From positions 14,725-78,724 of IMG/VR virus record IMGVR_UViG_3300008448_000040: a stretch of 64,000 bases of DNA; one strand, written 5' to 3'. The stretch comes from a virus. Numbering within the stretch: the stretch's first letter is position 1; every line of letters begins with the position of its first letter. This document shows positions 49,352-58,795 of the stretch, piece after piece. Under the pieces are notes generated by a model. The model searched no databases, had not been told where the DNA came from, and worked only from the letters and a program-made list of their open reading frames with translations. Made by a program: the position numbers and the translations under genes.

Positions 49352-50143
49352 ATGGATCCACTGACACTTTTCGCATTAGCGAATGGTGCCGTTCAAGCAG
49401 TAAAGAAAGGTTGTGAGTTATATAAAGAAATAGCCGGAGCAGCGGGTGATGTGAAGGGAGTGTTAAAAGATCTTGAAGAGCAGTTTAACTTTCGTCATAA
49501 AGATATTCCTCCTACTACTGCTGAGCGCAACCAATACATTCAAGAAAAGAATCGTGTTTTAGAATTAAGCAAGCAGCAGCCAAATGATATCTATACTCAG
49601 ATTGGTGAAGAGCTAGGTGTATATTTTGAAAATTACGCTAAGTGCTCTGCAATATTTGAGGAAGAAGAGAAGCATGATAATGAAGTATATACTGGTGAAG
49701 TAAGTCTTGGTAAAAGAGCTTTGCAAAGAGTTTTAATGCAAAGCCGTCTCACTGCTATGCAAGCAGAACTACGTGAATTGATGGTATACAACTGTCCTCC
49801 AGAGTTAGGCGATCTTTACACACGTGTAGAGAAAATGATGGAGAGAATGAAAAAGCAGCAAGCTGCTGCTTGGGTAAAAAAAAGAAAAGCTGATAAAATA
49901 GCAGCAGAAAAAAAACGTCGCAGACTAGAAATCATCAAGTGCAACGCTTGGAAATATGGAATAGGGGTTGTAGTTTCAATATATCTTGCTTGGTTGGTAT
50001 GGGCAGTAGTTCAAGTAAGGATAGATGTATACCCAGAATTAGGACGATGCTTAATTCCAAAAGGTAACTGGCTTTACAACAAATACAATAACCTCAAATG
50101 GGTTGATTGTGAAGTACCTACGAGAGAAGACCCTCAGCCTTAA
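49352..50143 (+). CDS. Hypothetical coiled-coil membrane protein
   Basis: C-terminal TM segment. Confidence 0.65.
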   Translation: MDPLTLFALANGAVQAVKKGCELYKEIAGAAGDVKGVLKDLEEQFNFRHKDIPPTTAERNQYIQEKNRVLELSKQQPNDIYTQIGEELGVYFENYAKCSAIFEEEEKHDNEVYTGEVSLGKRALQRVLMQSRLTAMQAELRELMVYNCPPELGDLYTRVEKMMERMKKQQAAAWVKKRKADKIAAEKKRRRLEIIKCNAWKYGIGVVVSIYLAWLVWAVVQVRIDVYPELGRCLIPKGNWLYNKYNNLKWVDCEVPTREDPQP

Positions 50144-50990
50144 GATACGTAGTAATATTTTCACCTTCCTCAACTCTTTTCAATCCTGTAGGCTGTTCAT
50201 TGTCTTTATGAATACAAATGATATTAGCTTCATATCGTTTGTCAAGTGTAGACTCATCAATGACAAAGTTATCTAGCTCCCAAATATTCTGCGTTTGACG
50301 ATTAAAGTTATCAGGATTAAACTTTGTATATACATGCCAATATGGAACATAATCAAGTTGAATAATCTTTTCGTAAAGATCAGGAGCTCCTTGCTTGGCA
50401 TTGAATTCAAGATATAAATGCGACTTAAACTTGCTTAATGTCTGCTTGGCACCATTCAACACATCTACTTCAAGTCCTTCTACGTCAATCTTAATAAGGT
50501 CAAGTCTTTCGAATTGTCTTGATAGGTAATCAATTGGGTAGCATTCGACATAGGCACCCTTATCTTCGTCTTTGAGTTTGAATTCACCATAATTTAATTT
50601 AGGAGAAGGAGAAAGAGGATCAATATTAATTACCTTGATTGATTTTCTTTCACTAGAAGCACCTGCCATAACAGGGATGGTGTTAAGACATGCATTGAAG
50701 AGAAGATTAGTTGATAGTAGTTGATGTATATACAACTGAGGTTCAACAGCAACTACAAGCCCCTCATGACATTTCTTGCTGAAATATACAGCATGAGTGC
50801 CTATATTGGCACCTATGTCTAGTACACATGAGTTTTTAGTTAGGAATTTATCGAATAAGGAAAATTCTTGTTGAGCCCATTCACCATAAAAGTGAAGACA
50901 AGCTCCGATAGGATCATCATTAGGAAAGAAAAAGAATCTTCCGTACCTTGTATGTGCTTGAGCTATAGCAAACTTTACATCATCTCTCAT
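50118..50990 (-). CDS. FkbM-family methyltransferase
   Basis: LDIGANIGTH, EPQ, IKIDVEG.E. Confidence 0.88.
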   Translation of the reverse strand: MRDDVKFAIAQAHTRYGRFFFFPNDDPIGACLHFYGEWAQQEFSLFDKFLTKNSCVLDIGANIGTHAVYFSKKCHEGLVVAVEPQLYIHQLLSTNLLFNACLNTIPVMAGASSERKSIKVINIDPLSPSPKLNYGEFKLKDEDKGAYVECYPIDYLSRQFERLDLIKIDVEGLEVDVLNGAKQTLSKFKSHLYLEFNAKQGAPDLYEKIIQLDYVPYWHVYTKFNPDNFNRQTQNIWELDNFVIDESTLDKRYEANIICIHKDNEQPTGLKRVEEGENITTYLKAEGLLS

Positions 50991-51002
50991 AATATCTCAT
51001 GT

Positions 51003-51077
51003 TGGTTGCGGGGGAAGGAATCGAACCTCCGACCTGTGGATTATGAGTCCACCGCTCTACCGCTGCGCTACCCCGCG
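51003..51077 (-). tRNA. tRNA-Met (CAT) with initiator-like acceptor stem and encoded CCA
   Basis: CGCGGGG...GTGGA-CTCATAA-TCCAC...GGTTCGATTCC...CCCCGCAACCA; C1xA72. Confidence 0.93.
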
Positions 51078-51505
51078 ATTGATTGTATATGCTTTCTGTG
51101 TACCTTACACATTATCCAAGTATTATAATACTTTTCAGGATATAAGAGAACATCTAATTCAAATTGACACTTGGACTCAAAGTAAGTGCACTCACCTTTT
51201 GATTTGCATAGGTAGAGTATATATCTCTCAAAATTATCTTTACCCAAAGAATTGACATCCTTTAATAGTTCTTCATTAGAACCATAGTAATCTTTCCAGT
51301 CTGATTCTACTTTGTACTTTTTCTTCTTGCCTTTAACTTGTCTAGTTTTTTGAGAGTAAAAGAACTTTTTTCCTATGTACTCTCTTCCACTAACTAAATT
51401 TACTATCTTGTAAACGAATCCGTACTTACCTTCTGGGATTTCAATAATAGCTCGGCCTTGAAGTTTCCAATCATTCAATGTTGTCGTCATCGTAGTACTC
51501 CTCAT
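51068..51505 (-). CDS. GIY-YIG endonuclease-like protein
   Basis: GFVY..N...YIGKK, YYGS, E..YYN. Confidence 0.75.
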   Translation of the reverse strand: MRSTTMTTTLNDWKLQGRAIIEIPEGKYGFVYKIVNLVSGREYIGKKFFYSQKTRQVKGKKKKYKVESDWKDYYGSNEELLKDVNSLGKDNFERYILYLCKSKGECTYFESKCQFELDVLLYPEKYYNTWIMCKVHRKHIQSIAG

Positions 51506-51635
51506 CTAGATCTGAGTCGAATACGTGACCGCAATATGGACAGAATGAAATATCTTCATCAATATTATAACCTTCAACCACAAATTCTGAATCACAAGTT
51601 CTACAAATTTTTATATCTTTTTCGTCACCAATCAT
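51471..51635 (-). CDS. Small Zn-ribbon protein (54 aa)
   Basis: CRTC...FCPYCG; acidic tail. Confidence 0.65.
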   Translation of the reverse strand: MIGDEKDIKICRTCDSEFVVEGYNIDEDISFCPYCGHVFDSDLDEEYYDDDNIE

Positions 51636-52117
51636 ACCTTATCTCCACACAGTGAAATGTAAACCAGATGTCTTGTTGTGTTTGGATCATTCATATCAGA
51701 GGCATATTCACCATATTCATATACTTGACTATACACAACTACACCATCCTTTGTTGTATACCATTGATTAGTAATATACAGTACTCTATCTTTACAAATT
51801 AGATGTCCAAATGTATATATCTTTTTGATTTCAAATGGTAAACCATCAAATTTTTGCTCTTCACCATCTTTGTAAATGGTAACACCATGAAGATCGTACT
51901 CTTGTTTGACTTGATCAAACATATACTTGTCAATATATAGATCAAATATTGCTGCTGATCCAACAAACTTCCAATCTCTCTCATCATCCAAAATCATAGT
52001 TTGACCATCTTTATTTTTTATAAAAGATAAACTATACTGAGTAGAGGTTTGAGCAGATGATGTTAATGCTGTGATCAACGCCATTAAAAGAACAAAGAAC
52101 GCGACTATGATTTTCAT
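51632..52117 (-). CDS. Hypothetical secreted protein
   Basis: Signal peptide; AGGAG RBS. Confidence 0.65.
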   Translation of the reverse strand: MKIIVAFFVLLMALITALTSSAQTSTQYSLSFIKNKDGQTMILDDERDWKFVGSAAIFDLYIDKYMFDQVKQEYDLHGVTIYKDGEEQKFDGLPFEIKKIYTFGHLICKDRVLYITNQWYTTKDGVVVYSQVYEYGEYASDMNDPNTTRHLVYISLCGDKV

Positions 52118-52155
52118 GTTACACTCCTAGGTGCGGAGTGAATATTTATCATTAT

Positions 52156-52179
52156 AAAAAAAGGCGCCTAAGCGCCTTT
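52156..52179 (-). terminator. Intrinsic terminator after porin
   Basis: AAGGCG-CTTAGG-CGCCTT followed by T-run. Confidence 0.8.
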
Positions 52180-52182
52180 AAT

Positions 52183-53589
52183 TTAGAAGTTGAACTGACT
52201 TCGGAACATTACTGCCCTATCTCCAGTCACTCTACCGCCAGAAGACCCTACCAAGTGATCAAACTTGGTATCTACATAATTAACCATAAATCTGAGGTTA
52301 TCTGTAGCGAACCAAGTTATACCGTAGGTAGTAGAGACCGCTCTGTTGGATTTGCCAGCAACAACAGTTATAGGAGATGCATCAAACTCGCTCAGACGAA
52401 CTCCGACTTGCCATGCACCTTTACCACCTTTGTCAACTGGGTTGGATGGTTTGATTGAACTAAACACACCGTCCTTGTAATTATGACTCTCTCCAGTTAG
52501 GTTGTACGTTGCAAGAATATAATGACCAATTATTTTTTGATCATTTCCAGTAGTTGGATCATAGTTGAATTCAAACTGCTCTCCTTGAACTTTTAATCCT
52601 TGGTAGGCAATTGCAGCTTCTAGACCTTGACGAGTTCTTGATGTTTCTCCAACTAATGCTGGACCAGTAAACCAAGCATTTTGTCCTCTTGATTCTGTTC
52701 TACCACTAGCAGGAGTAACTCCACCTTTGATATCACCTACACTATAGGCAGCTCCTAGATGTGCTGTGTAAGCCTTGCTACCAGTTAGTTCGGCAATGTT
52801 AGTAGTAACACGACCAATATAATCAAGACTATCTGTTACAGCATCTTTGTTACCTCTACCGCGACTTACAGCCATTGCGTAAGTAAGACCTGGTTTAGGA
52901 ATACCATGTAGCATGAAACCTGTTTCTTTAGCAGGAATGAACTCACCCTCGACCTGACCAATCAGGCTTCGTTCCATAAAATCAAGGTTATTGGAGCTAG
53001 TTAGCTGCTCAAGACTGAATGGCATCTTAAAAAGACCAAACTGAAACTGAGCTTCTGGATTAGCTGCATAGTTGACCCAAGCAACATCCATTGTTGTTGA
53101 TGAGCTGGCAGCTCCAACATCATTACCTAGATTACCTACAATTTCATATTTAAAGTCTTTTTGGAATTGACCACGTACTCCAAACCTTGTACGGCGAACT
53201 TCAGCTACGTTCTGATACGTATCCGTGGTTTGACCTGTACCGAAGGACGGGGTGTACTGACGATAGTCCATATGTAATCGACCTGTAAGTTGGATGGTAT
53301 TGTTTCCATCTTTACTTTTAAGTCCGATTCCGTTTTCTGTGACTGAACCATCATTTGCTCTGGCCTGTCTCCACTTATTGTTTTCGCTAACATCTTTGTC
53401 GATTCTGAATTCCGAGAACTTTCGGTTTTCAGCTTTTTCTTCATGTTCCTGGATTTTGACATCATATTCCTTTTGTGTCAATACACCCTTGTCTTTAAGG
53501 ATTCGAAGTGTATTTACATAGTCATCTGCATAAGCAGGTACAGAGAATACCAATGCCACTGATAGTGCTAGTTTTGTAAATGATTTCAT
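52183..53589 (-). CDS. Phosphate-selective porin OprO/OprP family
   Basis: Signal peptide; GRLHMD, VRRTRFG, GLFKMPFSLEQLTSSN..DFMERS; C-terminal F; adjacent to pstS. Confidence 0.85.
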   Translation of the reverse strand: MKSFTKLALSVALVFSVPAYADDYVNTLRILKDKGVLTQKEYDVKIQEHEEKAENRKFSEFRIDKDVSENNKWRQARANDGSVTENGIGLKSKDGNNTIQLTGRLHMDYRQYTPSFGTGQTTDTYQNVAEVRRTRFGVRGQFQKDFKYEIVGNLGNDVGAASSSTTMDVAWVNYAANPEAQFQFGLFKMPFSLEQLTSSNNLDFMERSLIGQVEGEFIPAKETGFMLHGIPKPGLTYAMAVSRGRGNKDAVTDSLDYIGRVTTNIAELTGSKAYTAHLGAAYSVGDIKGGVTPASGRTESRGQNAWFTGPALVGETSRTRQGLEAAIAYQGLKVQGEQFEFNYDPTTGNDQKIIGHYILATYNLTGESHNYKDGVFSSIKPSNPVDKGGKGAWQVGVRLSEFDASPITVVAGKSNRAVSTTYGITWFATDNLRFMVNYVDTKFDHLVGSSGGRVTGDRAVMFRSQFNF

Positions 53590-53598
53590 TGCTGTTCC

Positions 53599-54621
53599 TT
53601 ATTTCCAAATTGGATTGCCGTCTGGACCACGGAAGTCTTTCTTCCAGTTTTCCTGTACGAGTTTAATTACGTCTTGTGGCATATGAACATACTCTAACTC
53701 TGTTGACATTTGACCACCGTTCTTGTAACTCCAATCAAAGAATTTAAGAACTGCACGACCTGTCAATGCATCTGCCTGTTGCTTGTGCATTAGAATAAAA
53801 CTTGCACCTGTTGCTGGCCATGCATCCTTGCCTGTCTGCCATGTTAATAGTAAGTACATTCCTGGAGCATTATTCCAATCTGCATTAGCAGCTGCTGCTT
53901 TGAATGTAGTATCGTCAGGTAATACAAAGTTGCCGTCACGATTCTTCAATGCTGCATAAGGAATCTTATTACGCTTAGCATATGCATACTCCACGTAACC
54001 AAAGGCACCTTTCAGTCTCTGTACTTGTGCTGCAACACCTTCGTTACCTTTACCACCTACCCCTACTGGCCATTTAACTGCTGTGCCTTCACCTACAGAT
54101 TTTGCAAACTCTGCGTTAGCTTTGCCCAAGAAGTTTGTCCAGATAAATGTAGTACCTGAACCATCAGCGCGGTGCACAACTGTAATGTTCATAGCAGGTA
54201 AATTTACTCCAGGATTGATTTCTGCAATCGCTTTATCATTCCATTTAGTAATTTTACCAAGATGAATGTTTGCAATGATGTCTGGAGTTAATTTTAACTT
54301 ACCAGCATCAATGCCGTCTAGATTAAACACTGGTACAACTCCACCAATGATGGCTGGAAACTGTACTAGACCTTCTTTATCAAGCTCATCTTTCTTTAAT
54401 GGCATATCGCTTGCACCAAAGTCAACTGTCTTGGCTTTGATCTGACGAATACCGCCACCTGAACCGATAGATTGATAATTCAATCCAATACCAGTCTGTG
54501 CTTTGTATGCTTCTGCCCACTTAGCATAGATTGGAAATGGGAATGTTGCTCCTGCCCCAGTAAATTCAGCAGCATTTACAACACCAGATAATAATAGTAA
54601 GGATAGTAATAGCTTTTTCAT
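53599..54621 (-). CDS. pstS: Phosphate ABC transporter substrate-binding protein
   Basis: GAGATFPFPIY, YQSIGSGGG, DFGASD, RADGSGTT, GKGNEGV. Confidence 0.97.
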   Translation of the reverse strand: MKKLLLSLLLLSGVVNAAEFTGAGATFPFPIYAKWAEAYKAQTGIGLNYQSIGSGGGIRQIKAKTVDFGASDMPLKKDELDKEGLVQFPAIIGGVVPVFNLDGIDAGKLKLTPDIIANIHLGKITKWNDKAIAEINPGVNLPAMNITVVHRADGSGTTFIWTNFLGKANAEFAKSVGEGTAVKWPVGVGGKGNEGVAAQVQRLKGAFGYVEYAYAKRNKIPYAALKNRDGNFVLPDDTTFKAAAANADWNNAPGMYLLLTWQTGKDAWPATGASFILMHKQQADALTGRAVLKFFDWSYKNGGQMSTELEYVHMPQDVIKLVQENWKKDFRGPDGNPIWK

Positions 54622-54682
54622 GCTTTCTCCTGTTTGTGGATAGTATATAATTTCATATATTGGTAATATTTGATCCTCATAA

Positions 54683-54720
54683 CAAAAGAGCCCGCCGTAG
54701 CACGAAGCTACGACAGGCTC
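54683..54720 (-). terminator. Terminator-like hairpin downstream of nrdB
   Basis: GAGCCTGTCGTAGC-TTCGT-GCTACGGCGGGCTC-TTTT. Confidence 0.7.
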
Positions 54721-54754
54721 TGACTTTGACCCTAGTGGTCTTCTTTATTTATGT

Positions 54755-55741
54755 TTAAGCAGCTTTCGCCCAAACATCTTCCCAGTTACCCGAGAGTGCT
54801 CCTTTCGCATAGTCTGTTGCTCTGTTTTCAAAGAAGTTAGTATGAGTAGGTGCATTAATCATCTCCTCGACCCATAGCAATGGATTCTTCTTCACTTTGA
54901 AAATCCCTTTAAGACCAAGAGAAATAAGCCTGCGGTCAGCAATATAGCGAATATAACGCTTAACATCTTCTGCATTGAGATCCTCCATTGGTCCTAATGA
55001 GAAGGCAAGATCAATAAACTTGTCTTCAAGTTCGACCATCTTCTCTGCAATTGTATATATTCTGCCTTTCAAATCATCATTCCAGATATCTCTGTTCTCT
55101 TCGACATATGTTCTGAATAGTTTGATCATTGACTCAGCATGCATTGTCTCATCGACAATCGACCAAGTAACAATCTGACCCATACCTTTCATTTTGCCAT
55201 GGCGGGGGAAGTTAAGAAGCATGATAAAGGAACTGAATAGTTGCATCCCTTCGGTGAAAGCAGAGAATACTGCAATATGAGTAGCAGTAGTAGCAGCATC
55301 ACCACTCTGTGAGCTAAGATTAAGAACGTAATCATGCTTGTCTTTCATCTCCTGGTACTGAAGGAATTCATTATAAGTTGACTCTGGCATACCAAGAGTC
55401 TCAATCAAATGTGAATATGCAGCAATGTGTAATGCTTCTCTAGCAGCAAACCCAGCTAACATCATTCTTACTTCTGGTTGTGGAAAGTAAGGAAGATAGT
55501 TCTTTACATATCCACCTGCAACATCAACATCTCCTTGCGTGAAGAATCTAAAGATGTGAGTCAAGAACTGCTTCTCTTGATCAGTTAGTTTGTTTTTCCA
55601 ATCCTTGACATCCTCAAGCATTGGAACTTCAGTGTGCATCCAGTGGCTTTGTTCATGCTTCAACCACGAATCATATGCCCATGGATAATGGAATGGTTTA
55701 AAGTTGTTTCTTTCGTCTGTTAATTTTAATTTTGTTTTCAT
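54755..55741 (-). CDS. nrdB: Ribonucleotide reductase class Ia beta subunit
   Basis: FFTQGD, EALH..AY, EGMQLFSSF, DETMH, NFFE. Confidence 0.97.
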   Translation of the reverse strand: MKTKLKLTDERNNFKPFHYPWAYDSWLKHEQSHWMHTEVPMLEDVKDWKNKLTDQEKQFLTHIFRFFTQGDVDVAGGYVKNYLPYFPQPEVRMMLAGFAAREALHIAAYSHLIETLGMPESTYNEFLQYQEMKDKHDYVLNLSSQSGDAATTATHIAVFSAFTEGMQLFSSFIMLLNFPRHGKMKGMGQIVTWSIVDETMHAESMIKLFRTYVEENRDIWNDDLKGRIYTIAEKMVELEDKFIDLAFSLGPMEDLNAEDVKRYIRYIADRRLISLGLKGIFKVKKNPLLWVEEMINAPTHTNFFENRATDYAKGALSGNWEDVWAKAA

Positions 55742-56257
55742 TTATCTTACCGGCCAATGTTTGTTATATCTTTCGAAATAGAAAGTTAGATCTTCCTTTT
55801 CGTCGTCGTAATACTCACCGACATAATCTGATTTCACAATACTATGAATATTCTCACACAGTGTTACCAAAGTTATTTTATCTCTTCCAAACCCTAGCTC
55901 TCTAAATTCTTCTAGGATCCATTTCCAATTGCCACCACGAATTATTCCTGCTTCAACTACTACAAACTTCTTGTAATTCTTATGGCTAAGATGCCAGTGC
56001 ATGTCATAGTGAAACTTTTCTACGACATACTCGTATGGTTCTCCTGGATACGTTACTTCAATTGGTATGATCGGAATGATCTCTCCTTTGACAGACCACG
56101 CATGTGCAAAATGCATTGCAGCTGTGCCAGCAAAGTCTACTGATGCTTGAATGATAGCCGTGGTGTTGGGATCAAAGTCTTCATTATCGACTACCGTTAT
56201 CAGTTTATCAATCAGTTCTTTTTCTTTTTCACGAGAGATATAGTGTAGAGGTCTCAT
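55742..56257 (-). CDS. Phosphoribosyltransferase-fold protein (tentative)
   Basis: FVVVEAGIIRGGN resembles a PRPP-binding loop. Confidence 0.4.
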   Translation of the reverse strand: MRPLHYISREKEKELIDKLITVVDNEDFDPNTTAIIQASVDFAGTAAMHFAHAWSVKGEIIPIIPIEVTYPGEPYEYVVEKFHYDMHWHLSHKNYKKFVVVEAGIIRGGNWKWILEEFRELGFGRDKITLVTLCENIHSIVKSDYVGEYYDDEKEDLTFYFERYNKHWPVR

Positions 56258-56460
56258 ACTTTATTCTTTTTACTTACTGCATCTTTCAACATGGATTTAA
56301 TAATTAACATAACTCTTCCCTTTTCTCTTTCTGTCAGATGCTGGACTAGCATCAACTTATCTTCATAGCTCTTAGCGTTGTCTAAAAACTCTTCAGGGAC
56401 TGTGAGTTTCTTTTTCTTTGGCTTATATTTTTTAAGGTCGTTTTTAATATCGTCTGACAT
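56254..56460 (-). CDS. Hypothetical protein
   Basis: Coupled ORF. Confidence 0.55.
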   Translation of the reverse strand: MSDDIKNDLKKYKPKKKKLTVPEEFLDNAKSYEDKLMLVQHLTEREKGRVMLIIKSMLKDAVSKKNKV

Positions 56461-56709
56461 TTAATCCTTCTGTGGTGTGTTCTCTATACAAATCTCACCA
56501 TTAAAAATATAGACATCAGAGAGAATGCTTTTCTGTTCAAAAAGCTGGTTGTTATAACATTTATAGGGGTCTTTGTAGTTCATAAAGAACATATACACTC
56601 CGTAGCCAATGCCACCAAGGACCATGAGGATAGGAATGTATTTGATATACTTGACAACCTCAGGTAACGCTTGTAGTACCTGAGGTAAAAACTTAAGTAG
56701 GTCTTTCAT
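56461..56709 (-). CDS. Hypothetical membrane protein
   Basis: One TM segment. Confidence 0.6.
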   Translation of the reverse strand: MKDLLKFLPQVLQALPEVVKYIKYIPILMVLGGIGYGVYMFFMNYKDPYKCYNNQLFEQKSILSDVYIFNGEICIENTPQKD

Positions 56710-56721
56710 TATTTATTTTGA

Positions 56722-56910
56722 TTATTTTTTTCTACCTTTTTCTAACAGTGCAAGCACTTCTTTGTGGTAATTGATCTCTTTCACAACGTGCTCCATTTGA
56801 GCATACAGACCAAGTAACTTGATTCTATGTTCCTCAATCAGAACATCATCCTGAACTTTTGCTTTACTGTTCTTGCTTTTATTGTTTGGGAACTTTAGTA
56901 TCTCTGCCAT
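56722..56910 (-). CDS. Hypothetical protein
   Basis: GAGGA RBS. Confidence 0.6.
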   Translation of the reverse strand: MAEILKFPNNKSKNSKAKVQDDVLIEEHRIKLLGLYAQMEHVVKEINYHKEVLALLEKGRKK

Positions 56911-56955
56911 CTCTGTCCTCTACTTGCTATCATATATGGTATTTCACCCACCATA

Positions 56956-57594
56956 TCAATTCTCCATTAATTTGTTCACGAAGTCAAGTAGTAAATTGTG
57001 TTTGTTGCCTGTCCAGCGTTTCTTCATCCATGAGTAACTATTGTACCAGTGTTGCTCAGCTTCAGGATGACATCCAATCAATCCTACTCTATTTTGTATG
57101 ATCGCCATAGCATCGCCATTTGGATAGCGTGATACCACACTGTACTTAGTTTCATCACCTACGATCGCACACCCATCATAAAAAAAGAGTTCTTCTGGTT
57201 GACCGTTCCAGGTAACCTTCATTTGCTTTGCATGTGGTCTTCTAGTATCTGTATTGGGACGAGTTATATATTGACTTACTTGAACGCCATCAAGTATGTT
57301 AAAGTAGTCAGGTCCCGTCCAATACGCTCCCATGCATATACCCAAGTAATGCCCACCACCAGCAACGAAGCTACGGATGCGGTCAACATGAGATTTAAAT
57401 AAACGATTCCAACTATCGGAATCGCCAGTGCCACCAGGAAAGCACACCATGTCAACATCATCAAAAAAGTCATCTTCAAGTTCATGTTTAGTAAAAACCT
57501 TAAATCTATAATGAGGAGTCAGTGATTTGATTATTCCATTACCTGACTGCACCGAACACCTTGGTTGGTGAACAAAAATAGCAATCGTTTTCAT
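56956..57594 (-). CDS. Class I glutamine-amidotransferase-like (BPL_N-type) protein
   Basis: FPGG, YLGICMGAY nucleophile elbow, HPE. Confidence 0.75.
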   Translation of the reverse strand: MKTIAIFVHQPRCSVQSGNGIIKSLTPHYRFKVFTKHELEDDFFDDVDMVCFPGGTGDSDSWNRLFKSHVDRIRSFVAGGGHYLGICMGAYWTGPDYFNILDGVQVSQYITRPNTDTRRPHAKQMKVTWNGQPEELFFYDGCAIVGDETKYSVVSRYPNGDAMAIIQNRVGLIGCHPEAEQHWYNSYSWMKKRWTGNKHNLLLDFVNKLMEN

Positions 57595-57918
57595 TTAGAC
57601 TGTAAACGATGACCCACACCCACAAGTTGCCTTCACGTTGGGATTCTTGATTTTGAACTCAGCACCCATCAAAGAAGTTTCATAATCAATCTCAGCTTCA
57701 TTAAGATATTGCATACTCATTGAATCTACTACAATCTGAATACCATCTTTCTCAAATGTGAAGTCATCCTCTGCTGGAGGATTATCTTCCATAGTAAATC
57801 CATACTGAAAACCAGAACAACCTCCACCCTGAACAAAGATTCTGAGTTTAAGAGAGGGATCTTCTTCTTCGATTATTGATCTAATCTTACTTGCAGCTGC
57901 GGTTGTTATATTAATCAT
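57595..57918 (-). CDS. erpA: A-type Fe-S carrier ErpA/IscA
   Basis: [28 protein letters not shown]. Confidence 0.9.
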   Translation of the reverse strand: MINITTAAASKIRSIIEEEDPSLKLRIFVQGGGCSGFQYGFTMEDNPPAEDDFTFEKDGIQIVVDSMSMQYLNEAEIDYETSLMGAEFKIKNPNVKATCGCGSSFTV

Positions 57919-58094
57919 TACTTACCTTTAAAGCTACTACACGTTAATTCAAACTCTTGTTGCTTGGACATAATCTGACCGTATGATGCTTTTGGATTTC
58001 TTTGTCTGTAGTCTTCCTTCTCTCTTTCTATACAAAGATCATATTGAGAACTACATCCAGCTAATAAAAATATAAAAAGTAAACTCTTCTTCAT
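57918..58094 (-). CDS. Small lipoprotein (58 aa)
   Basis: [14 protein letters not shown] lipobox; overlaps both neighbours. Confidence 0.6.
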   Translation of the reverse strand: MKKSLLFIFLLAGCSSQYDLCIEREKEDYRQRNPKASYGQIMSKQQEFELTCSSFKGK

Positions 58095-58795
58095 TTGCTT
58101 ACCTCGACTAATCTAAACCATTTGAGAATATTAATGTACATCCATCCAATATCAAACTCGAACCATTTCAAACTAAGCTTTGGATTACTAGGATCAAGAT
58201 GATGATTATTATGAAGTAACTCACCACCAACCAGAACATCAATCGGAACAACATTTCGAGATTCTTCTCTCGTATCGCCGTTTCTATATCCCCAGCTATG
58301 TCCCACGCCGTTGACCACACCAGCTGCCCAAAACGGTATCCAAGCGACTTGACATATCCAAAGTCCAATCCCAATAACGCCAAACAAAATAATATTAATA
58401 CAAAGCAAAACAAGTACACCAACAAAAGAATACTTACTGTAGACATTTCTTTCTAACCAATCATCCGGAGTTCCTCTACCGTATGTATCAACCATTACTC
58501 TATCCCTGGCTGCTTTATTGTATAGAAAAGCTCCTTTAAACAACACATTTAACAATCCGTAATGAACTGGTGAGTGAGGATCTTTCTCTTCATCACAGTA
58601 TCTATGATGTAATCTGTGAACTGCAACCCATTCCTTAGTCACCATTCCTGTCGTCATCCATAGCCAGAATCTCATGAAGTGAGATAGGATTGGATTGAAC
58701 ACTAATGATTTATGAGCCTGACCTCTATGTAAGAATAATGTAACACATATAATAGTAATGTGTGTACATACAAGTAAGTAAATTAATTCATACAT
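58091..58795 (-). CDS. Membrane fatty-acid (delta-9-type) desaturase
   Basis: His boxes HRGQAH, HRLHH, HNNHH; DPHSP; FEFDIGW. Confidence 0.92.
   Translation of the reverse strand: MYELIYLLVCTHITIICVTLFLHRGQAHKSLVFNPILSHFMRFWLWMTTGMVTKEWVAVHRLHHRYCDEEKDPHSPVHYGLLNVLFKGAFLYNKAARDRVMVDTYGRGTPDDWLERNVYSKYSFVGVLVLLCINIILFGVIGIGLWICQVAWIPFWAAGVVNGVGHSWGYRNGDTREESRNVVPIDVLVGGELLHNNHHLDPSNPKLSLKWFEFDIGWMYINILKWFRLVEVSK

Noticed and set aside
54650-54672. Pho box upstream of pstS (TTCAT..GTAAT at 11-bp spacing)
   Set aside because: Weak match, on the opposite strand, in AT-rich DNA; not supportable
54683-54745. c-di-GMP riboswitch resemblance
   Set aside because: Lacks the GNRA-loop P2 stem and conserved core; a terminator is the simpler explanation
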